Positions 15,046 to 23,198 of a DNA stretch of 33,248 nt are shown piece by piece (within the stretch, counting starts at the first letter, position 1; every line of letters starts with the position of its first letter). The translations under genes and the position numbers were made by a program. A model generated the notes under the pieces. That model worked only from the letters and a program-made list of their open reading frames with translations. It was not told where the DNA came from and made no database searches. The stretch is taken from positions 1 through 33,248 of the IMG/VR virus record IMGVR_UViG_3300029240_000028; one strand, written 5' to 3'. The DNA is from a virus.

Positions 15046-15851
15046 CAACTACATATTTTCCATTCGTCTCAAGAAATGGCGATAGATTAGTACTATATGA
15101 CGCTTTCAGAAGATTATTCTCAAGCTACTTTACGAATGGCGTATTCGTTGATGATTCTAGTTCGGACCATTTAAGAGTTGAGAAAGCTCAAGGCTTAACA
15201 TTAACAGTTAAAGCAGGACGAGCAAATATTAATGGAGCGTTCTATTGGCAGAAAGATGACGAAACCATCACACTAGAAAAGAATAACGCAACTAAAAGTT
15301 ACAATATCATTCTTAGATTGAATGATAATGACGCATACAGAAATATCACATTGATTGCTAGTGATATCAATGATGGAATCACAAGAAGTGATTCTATTTA
15401 TGATTTAGTGTTAGCTACAGTTACGGTTACAGGCAATGCAAGTGAAGTAAAAGGTTCAGATATTACAGATACAAGACTAGATTCTACACGTTGTGGAGCA
15501 GTTACAAGCGCAATTAAAAGCGTACAATCGTTGGATTTGTTCACTCAAGTTACTGAGCTATTCAAAGAAATTAAGGCTCAGAATGAATCTGAAATGAACG
15601 CAAATAGAACGGAATTTAATGATTGGTTTGAAACTGTAAAAGATACGTTAGACGCAAATACGGCAGGAAAACTATCTAACAGAATTTCAAACATTGAAAA
15701 GATGATTATGGAGAATCACTTTACTACGATTCTATTAACCGAAGATGGAACGTTAGTAGATGAGAATGGGCATGAGATTCTAGCGGATTGGGCGTATGAA
15801 GTTGATGACGGTGAAGTAGGCAAAGATTGGTCTTACAAGGTGAAATCATGA
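15042..15851 (+). CDS. Tail-fibre-like structural protein, proposed ATA start
   Basis: ATA GCA at 15042 overlaps the portal stop as ATAG, with GAGGAGG 10 nt upstream. About 92 codons (ATTYFPFVSRNGDR...) precede the first canonical start, TTG 15318. Confidence 0.8.
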   Translation: MATTYFPFVSRNGDRLVLYDAFRRLFSSYFTNGVFVDDSSSDHLRVEKAQGLTLTVKAGRANINGAFYWQKDDETITLEKNNATKSYNIILRLNDNDAYRNITLIASDINDGITRSDSIYDLVLATVTVTGNASEVKGSDITDTRLDSTRCGAVTSAIKSVQSLDLFTQVTELFKEIKAQNESEMNANRTEFNDWFETVKDTLDANTAGKLSNRISNIEKMIMENHFTTILLTEDGTLVDENGHEILADWAYEVDDGEVGKDWSYKVKS

Positions 15852-16147
15852 GACAAGGAACAACACCAACAATTCAAATCACAATAAATGATATTGATTT
15901 AAATGAAATGCAGAATATCTATGTGGTATTTGAACAGAACGGATATATCTTGAAAAAAGAATCAAGTGATTTAGACATTGAAGGGAATGTCATTTCAGTA
16001 TCGTTAAGCCAAGAAGAAACACTCAATTTCAAAGAAGGAACTTGCAACATTCAATTAAGAATGATTACAAAAGGAGGAGTTGCTATTGCTTCTCCTATCA
16101 AGACAACAAAGGTATATAGAGTATTGAATAAGGAAGTGATTACATGA
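15848..16147 (+). CDS. Small beta-rich structural protein
   Basis: ATG 15848 follows AAGGTGA and overlaps the upstream stop as ATGA. Confidence 0.7.
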   Translation: MRQGTTPTIQITINDIDLNEMQNIYVVFEQNGYILKKESSDLDIEGNVISVSLSQEETLNFKEGTCNIQLRMITKGGVAIASPIKTTKVYRVLNKEVIT

Positions 16148-16473
16148 TTCTAATGCAAGATATTCAAATGAATATACAAGATGAATCAGACAAGCTTCAA
16201 ATTGAAATCAATGAAGATAAAGAAACATTAACTTTAGGCTTAGATGAGAAGTTTGTTGAAGGTACAAGTGATTACAACAAGCTAAAGAACAAGCCTAAAT
16301 TAAATGGTAATGAAATCATTGGAGAGGTTGAAGAAATAGACCCAACAGTTCCAACATGGGCTAAAGCAGAAACAAGACCGGTATATACTCCGGAAGATAT
16401 TGGAGCTATGGCAGAAGGTTCTGTAACATCTGTATCAACAACCGAACTAGATGAATTATGGAATAGTCTATAG
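16144..16473 (+). CDS. Tail-fibre-associated protein
   Basis: YNKLKNKPKLNGNEIIG and VPTWAKAETRPVYTPEDIGA are typical fibre motifs. Confidence 0.7.
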   Translation: MILMQDIQMNIQDESDKLQIEINEDKETLTLGLDEKFVEGTSDYNKLKNKPKLNGNEIIGEVEEIDPTVPTWAKAETRPVYTPEDIGAMAEGSVTSVSTTELDELWNSL

Positions 16474-16484
16474 GAGGAAAAAGA

Positions 16485-17093
16485 ATAGCTATTGAATATT
16501 TAGATAAGAGTGGATTGACGCTCTTAATCAGTAAAATTAAATCGGCGTTAGGTGGGAAAGTTGATGTTGAAATTGGTAAAGGCTTATCAACAAATGACTA
16601 CACAAGCGCAGAAAAACAAAAGTTAAGTGGTATCGCAAATGGTGCTCAAGTGAACGTGATTGAGTCGGTAAAGGTAAATGGTACGAAGTTAACGCCAAGC
16701 TCAAAAGCCGTAGATGTTACAGTACCGACAAAGACATCGCAATTAACGAATGACAGTGGATATCAGTCGGCAACGAGCGTTGAGTCAATTATCACGGCTA
16801 AAGGGTATCAAACGCAATCACAAGTACAATCGTTGATTAATTCGGCAGTAGGTAATATTACATCAATTAGATATGAAAAGGTAACAAGCTTACCTGCTAC
16901 AGGTTCAAATGGTGTTATTTATTTGGTTGCACATTCACATGGAACGCAAGATATTTATGATGAATATATTTGGTTATCAGAAACTAAAACATTTGAAAAG
17001 ATTGGTAATACAGACATTGATTTATCGGCATATGTTAAGAAATCAGAATTAACGGCGATTACAACAAACGATTTAAACACAATGTGGGGTTAG
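16485..17093 (+). CDS. Tail-fibre protein, proposed ATA start
   Basis: ATA GCT at 16485 lies 7 nt after GGAGG (16473-16477). The N-terminus AIEYLDKSGLTLLISKIK and the motif GKGLSTNDYTSAEKQKLSGI are fibre motifs. The first canonical start is TTG 16515. Confidence 0.8.
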   Translation: MAIEYLDKSGLTLLISKIKSALGGKVDVEIGKGLSTNDYTSAEKQKLSGIANGAQVNVIESVKVNGTKLTPSSKAVDVTVPTKTSQLTNDSGYQSATSVESIITAKGYQTQSQVQSLINSAVGNITSIRYEKVTSLPATGSNGVIYLVAHSHGTQDIYDEYIWLSETKTFEKIGNTDIDLSAYVKKSELTAITTNDLNTMWG

Positions 17094-17096
17094 CAT

Positions 17097-17342
17097 ATGT
17101 CTTTCGTATTCAAAGACAAAGCTTCTATTCAGTGGCTTGTCTCGAAAATAAAGTCTGTAACCATATCACATAACGCATTGAATCAAATGGTGATGAATAA
17201 CCACTTTACTACAAATTTGAATGCTACAAGCGCTCAAGAATTAGTAGATGAAAAAGGAAATGCAATCCTAGCCGATTGGTCTTATGAAGTAGCAAGTGGA
17301 GAAGTCGGTAAGGATTGGAAATATAAAATTAAGGAGGAATAA
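17097..17342 (+). CDS. Mini-fibre / fibre-associated protein sharing modules with the 15042 and 16485 proteins
   Basis: Its N-terminus ASIQWLVSKIKSV resembles that of the 16485 protein. Its C-terminus NHFTT..LVDEKGNAILADWSYEV.SGEVGKDWKYK resembles that of the 15042 protein. Confidence 0.7.
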   Translation: MSFVFKDKASIQWLVSKIKSVTISHNALNQMVMNNHFTTNLNATSAQELVDEKGNAILADWSYEVASGEVGKDWKYKIKEE

Positions 17343-17343
17343 C

Positions 17344-18255
17344 ATGGCAGGAAAACAAGTCACAGAATTAGACGCATTACCTAGTTTCACTGATAATAGC
17401 TTATTGCCTGTGCATAATGGCGCAGGATTGAAAAAAGGACTATTATCGCAATTAGTAAATTATCTAGGAAATAAATTCAGTAATCCAAATTTATTGATTA
17501 ATCCGAACTTTATAATCAATCAAAGAGCAAAAAGTACTTACAGTTCGACAGGAGCAGGCGGAACTGTAGATAGATGGGTAGGAACAAATGTAAAAACAGT
17601 TGTTAACTCAGACAATACAGTAACTGTATCTTCCTTAAGTGGTACAGGATATTATACGCAACACGAAGAAAATATTTCATATGGGAAACATACGTATTCA
17701 ATCTATGTTCAAGCAATCACAGGAACTGTAAAAGCTTTTTATAGAAGCAAAGATTCAAAAGATATCGAATTAGGAACATTAAAGCAAGGATTGAATACAT
17801 TTACATCAGTTGATGATGGATTTAAAAGCTTTTTCTTGAGTATAGCAGGAGGTTCATCTGTAACTTTAAAATATGCAAAAGTAGAGCAAGGCGCAGTGGC
17901 AACTTCATTTATCGCTCCGAATTATGCAGAAGAAATTTTGAAGTGTCAAAGATTCTATGTAGTCCTAGAAAGTTCATTAGCCGGCTATGGAGCTAATAAC
18001 GCTATATATATTCCTTTTGCAAGGGGCGTTTATATGCGAAATAGTCGAAATGTAATCTTTACAGGGGCTAACAAGCAAACTTTTCTTAGAGTTAACGGAA
18101 CAGGTAAACAAATCTCGTTTAACACAACCAATGGTTATGCAAATAATCAATATGTACGTGTATATACAAACCCTGTAGATACATCATTAAACAATACTGC
18201 AATTGGTATAGATTTAAACGATGTGACAATAAGTGTAGACGCAGAAATCTATTAG
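17344..18255 (+). CDS. Candidate receptor-binding protein / tail fibre
   Basis: ATG 17344 follows AAGGAGGA. N-terminal QVTELDALPSF..LLPV anchor motif and a C-terminal beta-rich domain (NLLINPNFIINQR...DRWVG). Confidence 0.7.
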   Translation: MAGKQVTELDALPSFTDNSLLPVHNGAGLKKGLLSQLVNYLGNKFSNPNLLINPNFIINQRAKSTYSSTGAGGTVDRWVGTNVKTVVNSDNTVTVSSLSGTGYYTQHEENISYGKHTYSIYVQAITGTVKAFYRSKDSKDIELGTLKQGLNTFTSVDDGFKSFFLSIAGGSSVTLKYAKVEQGAVATSFIAPNYAEEILKCQRFYVVLESSLAGYGANNAIYIPFARGVYMRNSRNVIFTGANKQTFLRVNGTGKQISFNTTNGYANNQYVRVYTNPVDTSLNNTAIGIDLNDVTISVDAEIY

Positions 18256-18264
18256 GAGGAAACT

Positions 18265-18612
18265 ATGAACAACGAATATAAAGTATACGTATCATTAGTG
18301 GATGGATATATCACATCTATTAATTCAAATATTTTCTTATCACAAGAAGAAATTCAAACAATGACAGAAATTGACAAAGGACAAGGTGATAAATACGCTC
18401 ACGCACAAAGTCAATATCTAGAAAAAGAATTAGTCGATGAGCACGGAAGATATAACTATAAATTTGCAGAAGGTAAAGTGGTCGAGATTGCAGAAGCAGA
18501 AAAGCCAACAATTGAAGAACCAAAAGCGTTACCAACTGAGCAAGATAAGATTAATGCACAATTGATGTTACAAATTGCTCAATTAAAAGCACAAATGAAT
18601 GGGGTGAAGTAG
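18265..18612 (+). CDS. XkdW-like hypothetical protein (weak match)
   Basis: 115 aa with TAGGAGGA SD, positioned directly before the XkdX-like gene. Confidence 0.6.
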   Translation: MNNEYKVYVSLVDGYITSINSNIFLSQEEIQTMTEIDKGQGDKYAHAQSQYLEKELVDEHGRYNYKFAEGKVVEIAEAEKPTIEEPKALPTEQDKINAQLMLQIAQLKAQMNGVK

Positions 18613-18613
18613 T

Positions 18614-18730
18614 ATGAGTTACGAATTAATCAAATCATATTATGAGTTAGGCTTATTCACAAAGAGCGATTTGGAAATGTTTGCTTCTATCGGATGGATT
18701 ACAGAAACTCAGAGAAAAGAATTAATTAAA
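18614..18730 (+). CDS. xkdX: XkdX-family small phage protein (38 aa, below the track cutoff)
   Basis: MSYELIKSYYELGLFTKSDLEMFASIGWITETQRKEIN matches the XkdX pattern (Y..G.ft..dv..fV..G.IT.eqy.eI). Confidence 0.7.
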
Positions 18731-18750
18731 TAGGCTTTAAAAGCGTTTTA

Positions 18751-18772
18751 AAGGGCATTTAAGCCCTTTTTC
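18751..18772 (+). terminator. Intrinsic terminator closing the fibre cassette
   Basis: AAAGGGC atttaa GCCCTTT followed by TT. Confidence 0.6.
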
Positions 18773-18788
18773 TGTAGGGGGTATATAA

Positions 18789-19973
18789 ATGTTAAGTGAA
18801 GAAGAAAAAAGGGAACAAGAACGTGAAAAAAGGCAAGAAGAAAGGAAACAAGAACGCCTACGAAAGCAAATTGAGAAAAGAAGAAAGCTTGAAGAAAGAG
18901 AAAGAAAAAGTGTAAAGCGTGCTAGTGTATTTGAATTAGGAATGATGATATTCGTATCTAATAAAATTCGTGAAGTGCTAGAAAAAAGCACCGAAGAAAA
19001 TGCAAAATTTAATGAGATATTAGCAAAATCACTCGTAGATTTGCGTAAATTCACAAAAAAAGAATCAAAAAGCCTAAAAAAAGATGTAATTAAGGAATCT
19101 AAAAAGGACTTTGAAGAAAATAAGCAAGGAACATTAGAGTTGATTCAAGAAGCAACCAAAAAAAAGATGGATGGAAACCTTGCAAAACATATTGCTTATG
19201 TAAATCCACAAAAAGATACTGCAAAGCGTTGGAAGAAATACATCAAATCAAGTGCAAACACGTATGCAATCGGTAAAGATAAACTACCGGTATTCTTTAC
19301 AAAAATAGTTCAAGAAGAAGTTAAAAATGTAGTAGGTGGTAAATCCACAATTGATGATTCTTGTAGAAAAGCTATTTCAAAGTTAGCAAATAGTGGAGTA
19401 AAGATTGTGGAATATGATACAGGAGTTAAAAGAAATGTGGATGTATGGGTAAGGCAACAAATGCAGTACGCAGAAAAGGAATCATCACAAGAAATTAATA
19501 ATAAATGCGCTAAAGATATGGGAGTTACTGTATTTGAGTTTGACGCTCACGCAAACGCACGTCCAAGCCATAAGAAATGGCAAGGTAAACGCTACGACAC
19601 GCAAGGGAAACTATATCCTAGCTTGTTTCAGTTAACACATGGAGAAGAAAAAGACTATGGATGTAGACACTTTGCTCAACCTGTATGGAATATTGATATG
19701 CCTTATGCCTACACAAAAGAGCAGTTAAAGAATATTGATACAAAGCCTTTCACATTCCAAGGGAAAAATTATGAAGGATATGAAGCTAGGCAGTATCAAA
19801 GAGAACTAGAAAGAAATATCAGAGCATTAAAGAGGGAAGTAATCTTATTGGACAATCAAGGATTAAGCAGTACAGAAGCCAAAATTAAGCTAAAACACGC
19901 AAATGCAGTATATAAAGCTTTTAGTTCTGAAATGGGAGATAGAGTACACAACGATAGGCTTAGAATCGGATAA
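18789..19973 (+). CDS. Head morphogenesis / minor capsid protein (SPP1 gp7 / minor-capsid-2 type)
   Basis: FEFDAHANARPSHKKWQGKRYD and YGCRHFAQPV motifs. Lys/Glu/Arg-rich N-terminus. TAGGGGGT SD. Confidence 0.75.
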   Translation: MLSEEEKREQEREKRQEERKQERLRKQIEKRRKLEERERKSVKRASVFELGMMIFVSNKIREVLEKSTEENAKFNEILAKSLVDLRKFTKKESKSLKKDVIKESKKDFEENKQGTLELIQEATKKKMDGNLAKHIAYVNPQKDTAKRWKKYIKSSANTYAIGKDKLPVFFTKIVQEEVKNVVGGKSTIDDSCRKAISKLANSGVKIVEYDTGVKRNVDVWVRQQMQYAEKESSQEINNKCAKDMGVTVFEFDAHANARPSHKKWQGKRYDTQGKLYPSLFQLTHGEEKDYGCRHFAQPVWNIDMPYAYTKEQLKNIDTKPFTFQGKNYEGYEARQYQRELERNIRALKREVILLDNQGLSSTEAKIKLKHANAVYKAFSSEMGDRVHNDRLRIG

Positions 19974-19976
19974 AAC

Positions 19977-19991
19977 GCTCACAATGTGAGC
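19977..19991 (+). repeat. Second copy of the 15-nt palindrome GCTCACAATGTGAGC
   Basis: Identical to 9376-9390. It lies 3 nt after the stop of the head morphogenesis gene and has no clear T-tract. Confidence 0.8.
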
Positions 19992-20069
19992 TATTATTCA
20001 ATATAAAATATAGTTAGCCATAACCATACCGGAGAAGATTCGGTTTATAAAATACTTTAGGAGGGCAAA

Positions 20070-20654
20070 ATGAAAAACATTATTGAAATTTTAAAAGAAT
20101 CAAACATTGAATTAACCAAAGAACAAGAGGACTCAATTACAAAGCTAGTAAATGACAACTATAAGACGATTGCAGAGTTCGACAAGCAGAAAGAAAAGCT
20201 ATCTTTAGCAGAGAACAACGCAAAGGAAATTCAAACAAAGTTTGATAATTTCAAAAAAAGCTATGATGGTGTTGATGTAGAAGAACTTAGAAATAAAATC
20301 AATACATTGACGAATGATATTGATACTCAAAAGACAAGCTACGAAACTCAGATTAGCAAAATGAATCTTGATTCTGTATTAAGTGCAAAAGCTAAAGAAT
20401 ACGGATGTAAAGATTTTGATTTAGCAAAATCACAATTCAACTATGACGATTTGCTTAAATCAAAAGACCAAACAAATGATATTGACAAAGCTTTCAAGAG
20501 TTTGAAAGAGAATAAGCCAATCTTATTTGATGAAGAACAAAATAAGCCTACTGCTACAGGCAATATTGTTGGAAGCAGTGGACAAGGAGAAAACCCAAAC
20601 GCAGAAGATTTATTATTAAGACAAGTAATGGGTTTAACTACAGAAAAGAAATAA
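20070..20654 (+). CDS. Capsid scaffolding protein (DUF4355-like)
   Basis: Helical, acidic, 194 aa, immediately upstream of the major capsid gene. Confidence 0.7.
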   Translation: MKNIIEILKESNIELTKEQEDSITKLVNDNYKTIAEFDKQKEKLSLAENNAKEIQTKFDNFKKSYDGVDVEELRNKINTLTNDIDTQKTSYETQISKMNLDSVLSAKAKEYGCKDFDLAKSQFNYDDLLKSKDQTNDIDKAFKSLKENKPILFDEEQNKPTATGNIVGSSGQGENPNAEDLLLRQVMGLTTEKK

Positions 20655-20668
20655 GGAGGATTTAATTA

Positions 20669-21538
20669 ATACCAAATGAAATTGCGTTAGCTAAAACGTA
20701 TGTCTCAAATTTGGATGAGGTATATAAGTTAGCATCAGTAACAGGTGATTTAAATGCAGACGCTACAATGGTAAGAGCAGGAGCGAACGCAAAAGAAATC
20801 ATCTATCCACAAATTTCTGTTAAAGGTTTAGGAAACTATGATAGAAATAGTGGTTATACATCTAACTCAGTGAAATTAGAATGGAAAACTGCAACATTTG
20901 ACTACGATAGAGGAACTAAAATCTCAGTTGATACACAAGACAATGCAGAATCAATGAATATTGCGTTCGGTAGAGCAGGAGCGGAATTAATGCGTACAAA
21001 GGTTGCACCGGAAGCAGACGCTTACACATTCGCTAAGATTGCAGGCACAACAGGAATCACAAAAGTTTCAGAAGATTATGCAAGTGCAGAAGAGTTCTTG
21101 AGTGCATTATTAAAAGCAGTTACTAAAATGGATGAGGATGAAGTGCCAAGTGAACAACGTATCTTGTATTCTACTCCTACATTATTGAATAGCGTTAAAG
21201 CTTTAGATACTTACAAATCACGTGAAGCTTTACAAGGATTCGCAAAGGTAGTTCCTGTACCTGCTAGTCGTTTCTATACAAAGATTAAATTGTTGAGTGG
21301 AGCAGATACAGAAGAAGAAGGTGGATATACTAAAGCAGAGGATGGACACGTTATCAACTTCTTGATTGTTCATAAACCTTCTGTTATGAAATGGGATAAA
21401 CACATTGTTTCAAATGTAATTCCTGCAAGCAATAACATTGAATCAGATTCAGATGTATTGAAATATCGTAAGTATGGAATCGTTGATGTATACGCAAATA
21501 AGGTAGCAGGTATTTACTTATCTGCTAGTGCGAAGTAA
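20669..21538 (+). CDS. Major capsid protein, proposed ATA start
   Basis: The frame opens at 20666. ATA 20669 lies 9 nt after GGAGG (20655-20659). The N-terminus PNEIALAKTYVSNLDEVYKLAS.T and the later GLGNYDRNSGY ... FDYDRG motifs are typical. The first canonical start is TTG 20711, which has no SD. Confidence 0.85.
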   Translation: MPNEIALAKTYVSNLDEVYKLASVTGDLNADATMVRAGANAKEIIYPQISVKGLGNYDRNSGYTSNSVKLEWKTATFDYDRGTKISVDTQDNAESMNIAFGRAGAELMRTKVAPEADAYTFAKIAGTTGITKVSEDYASAEEFLSALLKAVTKMDEDEVPSEQRILYSTPTLLNSVKALDTYKSREALQGFAKVVPVPASRFYTKIKLLSGADTEEEGGYTKAEDGHVINFLIVHKPSVMKWDKHIVSNVIPASNNIESDSDVLKYRKYGIVDVYANKVAGIYLSASAK

Positions 21539-21639
21539 TGGCTACAGAAATCGGTTGGGGTTATCCTTCTAAAGTTGAAAAGCCTAAAAAAGGAAAACCT
21601 AAAACAAAAGAGGAAGCTAAACCTCAAAATGAAAAATAG
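21538..21639 (+). CDS. Small Lys/Pro-rich protein (33 aa)
   Basis: The ATG overlaps the capsid stop as TAATG. MATEIGWGYPSKVEKPKKGKPKTKEEAKPQNEK. Confidence 0.4.
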   Translation: MATEIGWGYPSKVEKPKKGKPKTKEEAKPQNEK

Positions 21640-21659
21640 CTTAAAAAGGGGGTTGTAAA

Positions 21660-22007
21660 ATGAACAATATTTTAGATTGGGAATATTACAATTCCCATTT
21701 TCCTAAATTCGATGAAAATCAATTCAATCAGTATTCTTACAAAGCAGAAGCAATGGTATTGAAGTATGTGAATGTTGATTCTATTAACGAACAGAACGAA
21801 AGCACTTTAAAAGATTGTATCTGTGATGTATTAAACAATGTAATCTTTCAAGATTCAATTGATGGTGTATCAAGTATCTCAAACGGTGGATATTCCAAAA
21901 GCTTTATAAACACTACACACTCAGATAAAAGAAACGTGCTTGAGGATATTATAGCCTTTTGGTTAGGTGATACAGATATAATGAAAGAAAGATGGATTGC
22001 ATTATGA
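21660..22007 (+). CDS. Head-tail connector (adaptor) candidate
   Basis: Position after the capsid gene, 115 aa, GGGGG SD. Confidence 0.55.
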   Translation: MNNILDWEYYNSHFPKFDENQFNQYSYKAEAMVLKYVNVDSINEQNESTLKDCICDVLNNVIFQDSIDGVSSISNGGYSKSFINTTHSDKRNVLEDIIAFWLGDTDIMKERWIAL

Positions 22008-22423
22008 CAGGATTCTTTGAGGATTCAATTACACTTGTAAATCACTACTATGATACATTGACGAGAGAAGATAGGTTTCAAGCTTCTATCCTTGATAAAT
22101 GTATGTGGAGACAATCTACTGTTAGAACTGCAAACGGTAATATTCTGAGCATAGCCACATCCACAAATATTACCATTCTATATCGTGAGGGATATGTTGA
22201 ACCTTACGAATATGCAAAGCTTTCAAATGATGAGAAACAAAAGCACTTCACATTAAATACAGATAAAACAGATTTCGTATTCTTTGGAGAAGTCGAAGAA
22301 GATTTATCTAACATCAAGGCAATCAATGAAGCTAAAAAGAAATACAAATGGACAACGATTCAAAGCGTAACAGATTGTACGAATGTCGATATGTTGAAGC
22401 ATTGGGAGGTTGTCGGTCAATAG
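22004..22423 (+). CDS. Minor capsid / head-tail joining protein (Minor_capsid_1-like)
   Basis: ATG 22004 overlaps the upstream stop. Call based on position and size. Confidence 0.6.
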   Translation: MTGFFEDSITLVNHYYDTLTREDRFQASILDKCMWRQSTVRTANGNILSIATSTNITILYREGYVEPYEYAKLSNDEKQKHFTLNTDKTDFVFFGEVEEDLSNIKAINEAKKKYKWTTIQSVTDCTNVDMLKHWEVVGQ

Positions 22424-22782
22424 GAATTAAAGTCAAACTTGATGTTGAATCAATTCCCCAAATTAAGCAATCAAGAGGACTAGAAGAACGTGGACGAGTT
22501 CAACAAATGATTGATTCTGAAGTCATTAGGCTTATGTCCCCTTATACGCCTAGAGACACAGGAGCATTAATTAACTCGGCTACAAGATTAACTCAAATCG
22601 GTAGTGGATTAGTAAAGCAAGGTGGGCCAAGTGCTCCATATGCTAGACGGTGGTATTACAACAAAGAGAATGCTCATTTCGTAGGAGGTAAAACAGACCA
22701 TTGGTTTAAAAAAGCTATGCGAAATGGTGGGACAGAAACAATCTTAAAGAAAGCGCAACAAATGATAGGAGACGGAGAATGA
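22420..22782 (+). CDS. HK97 gp10-like / Minor_capsid_2-like connector protein, proposed ATA start
   Basis: ATA 22420 overlaps the upstream stop as ATAG and lies 10 nt after GGGAGG (22404-22409). GIKVKLDVESIPQIKQ... and MSPYTPRDTGALINS ... APYARRWYY motifs. Track ORF begins at ATG 22348, deep inside the upstream gene, no SD seen. Confidence 0.75.
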   Translation: MGIKVKLDVESIPQIKQSRGLEERGRVQQMIDSEVIRLMSPYTPRDTGALINSATRLTQIGSGLVKQGGPSAPYARRWYYNKENAHFVGGKTDHWFKKAMRNGGTETILKKAQQMIGDGE

Positions 22783-23198
22783 CAGTATCAAAAGCATTGA
22801 TTCAATGGCTATACGGCTACGGAAATATACAGATAGATGAACGTATTGAAACGGATGTTTTAGCGCAACAAGCTATCTCTTATGCATTGTATAAAGAACC
22901 TAATGCAATTGTAGATACATACATTGACGGTTCTCAAATGCGTACAGAATACTATACATTTCTAGCACGTAGGAATACACAAATCGAAGCCGAAAGGCAA
23001 GACAACAATTCCTTTTTAGAAGAATTGGAAGAATGGATTGACGAAAAGAATTTAAATGGAGAATTACCACAACTAGACGGAAACAGACATTGTGATGATG
23101 TTTCCGTTTCAAGTGGTTTATATCTATACACAAATGAGGATAGTCAAGCAGTATATGCGTTAACTATTCAAATCAAATACAGAAAGGAGCTTAATTAA
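22779..23198 (+). CDS. Minor_capsid_3-like / tail completion protein
   Basis: ATGA overlap with the upstream gene. 139 aa. Position before the major tail gene. Confidence 0.6.
   Translation: MTVSKALIQWLYGYGNIQIDERIETDVLAQQAISYALYKEPNAIVDTYIDGSQMRTEYYTFLARRNTQIEAERQDNNSFLEELEEWIDEKNLNGELPQLDGNRHCDDVSVSSGLYLYTNEDSQAVYALTIQIKYRKELN

Noticed and set aside
15032-15085. ATG at 15032 as the real start of the fibre gene
   Set aside because: It is in a different frame and terminates after 17 codons (MKKNSNYIFSIRLKKWR).
18737-19054. 105-aa minus-strand ORF overlapping the head-morphogenesis gene
   Set aside because: It is the antisense reading of the Lys/Glu/Arg-rich low-complexity region, giving a Ser/Leu/Phe-rich artefact.
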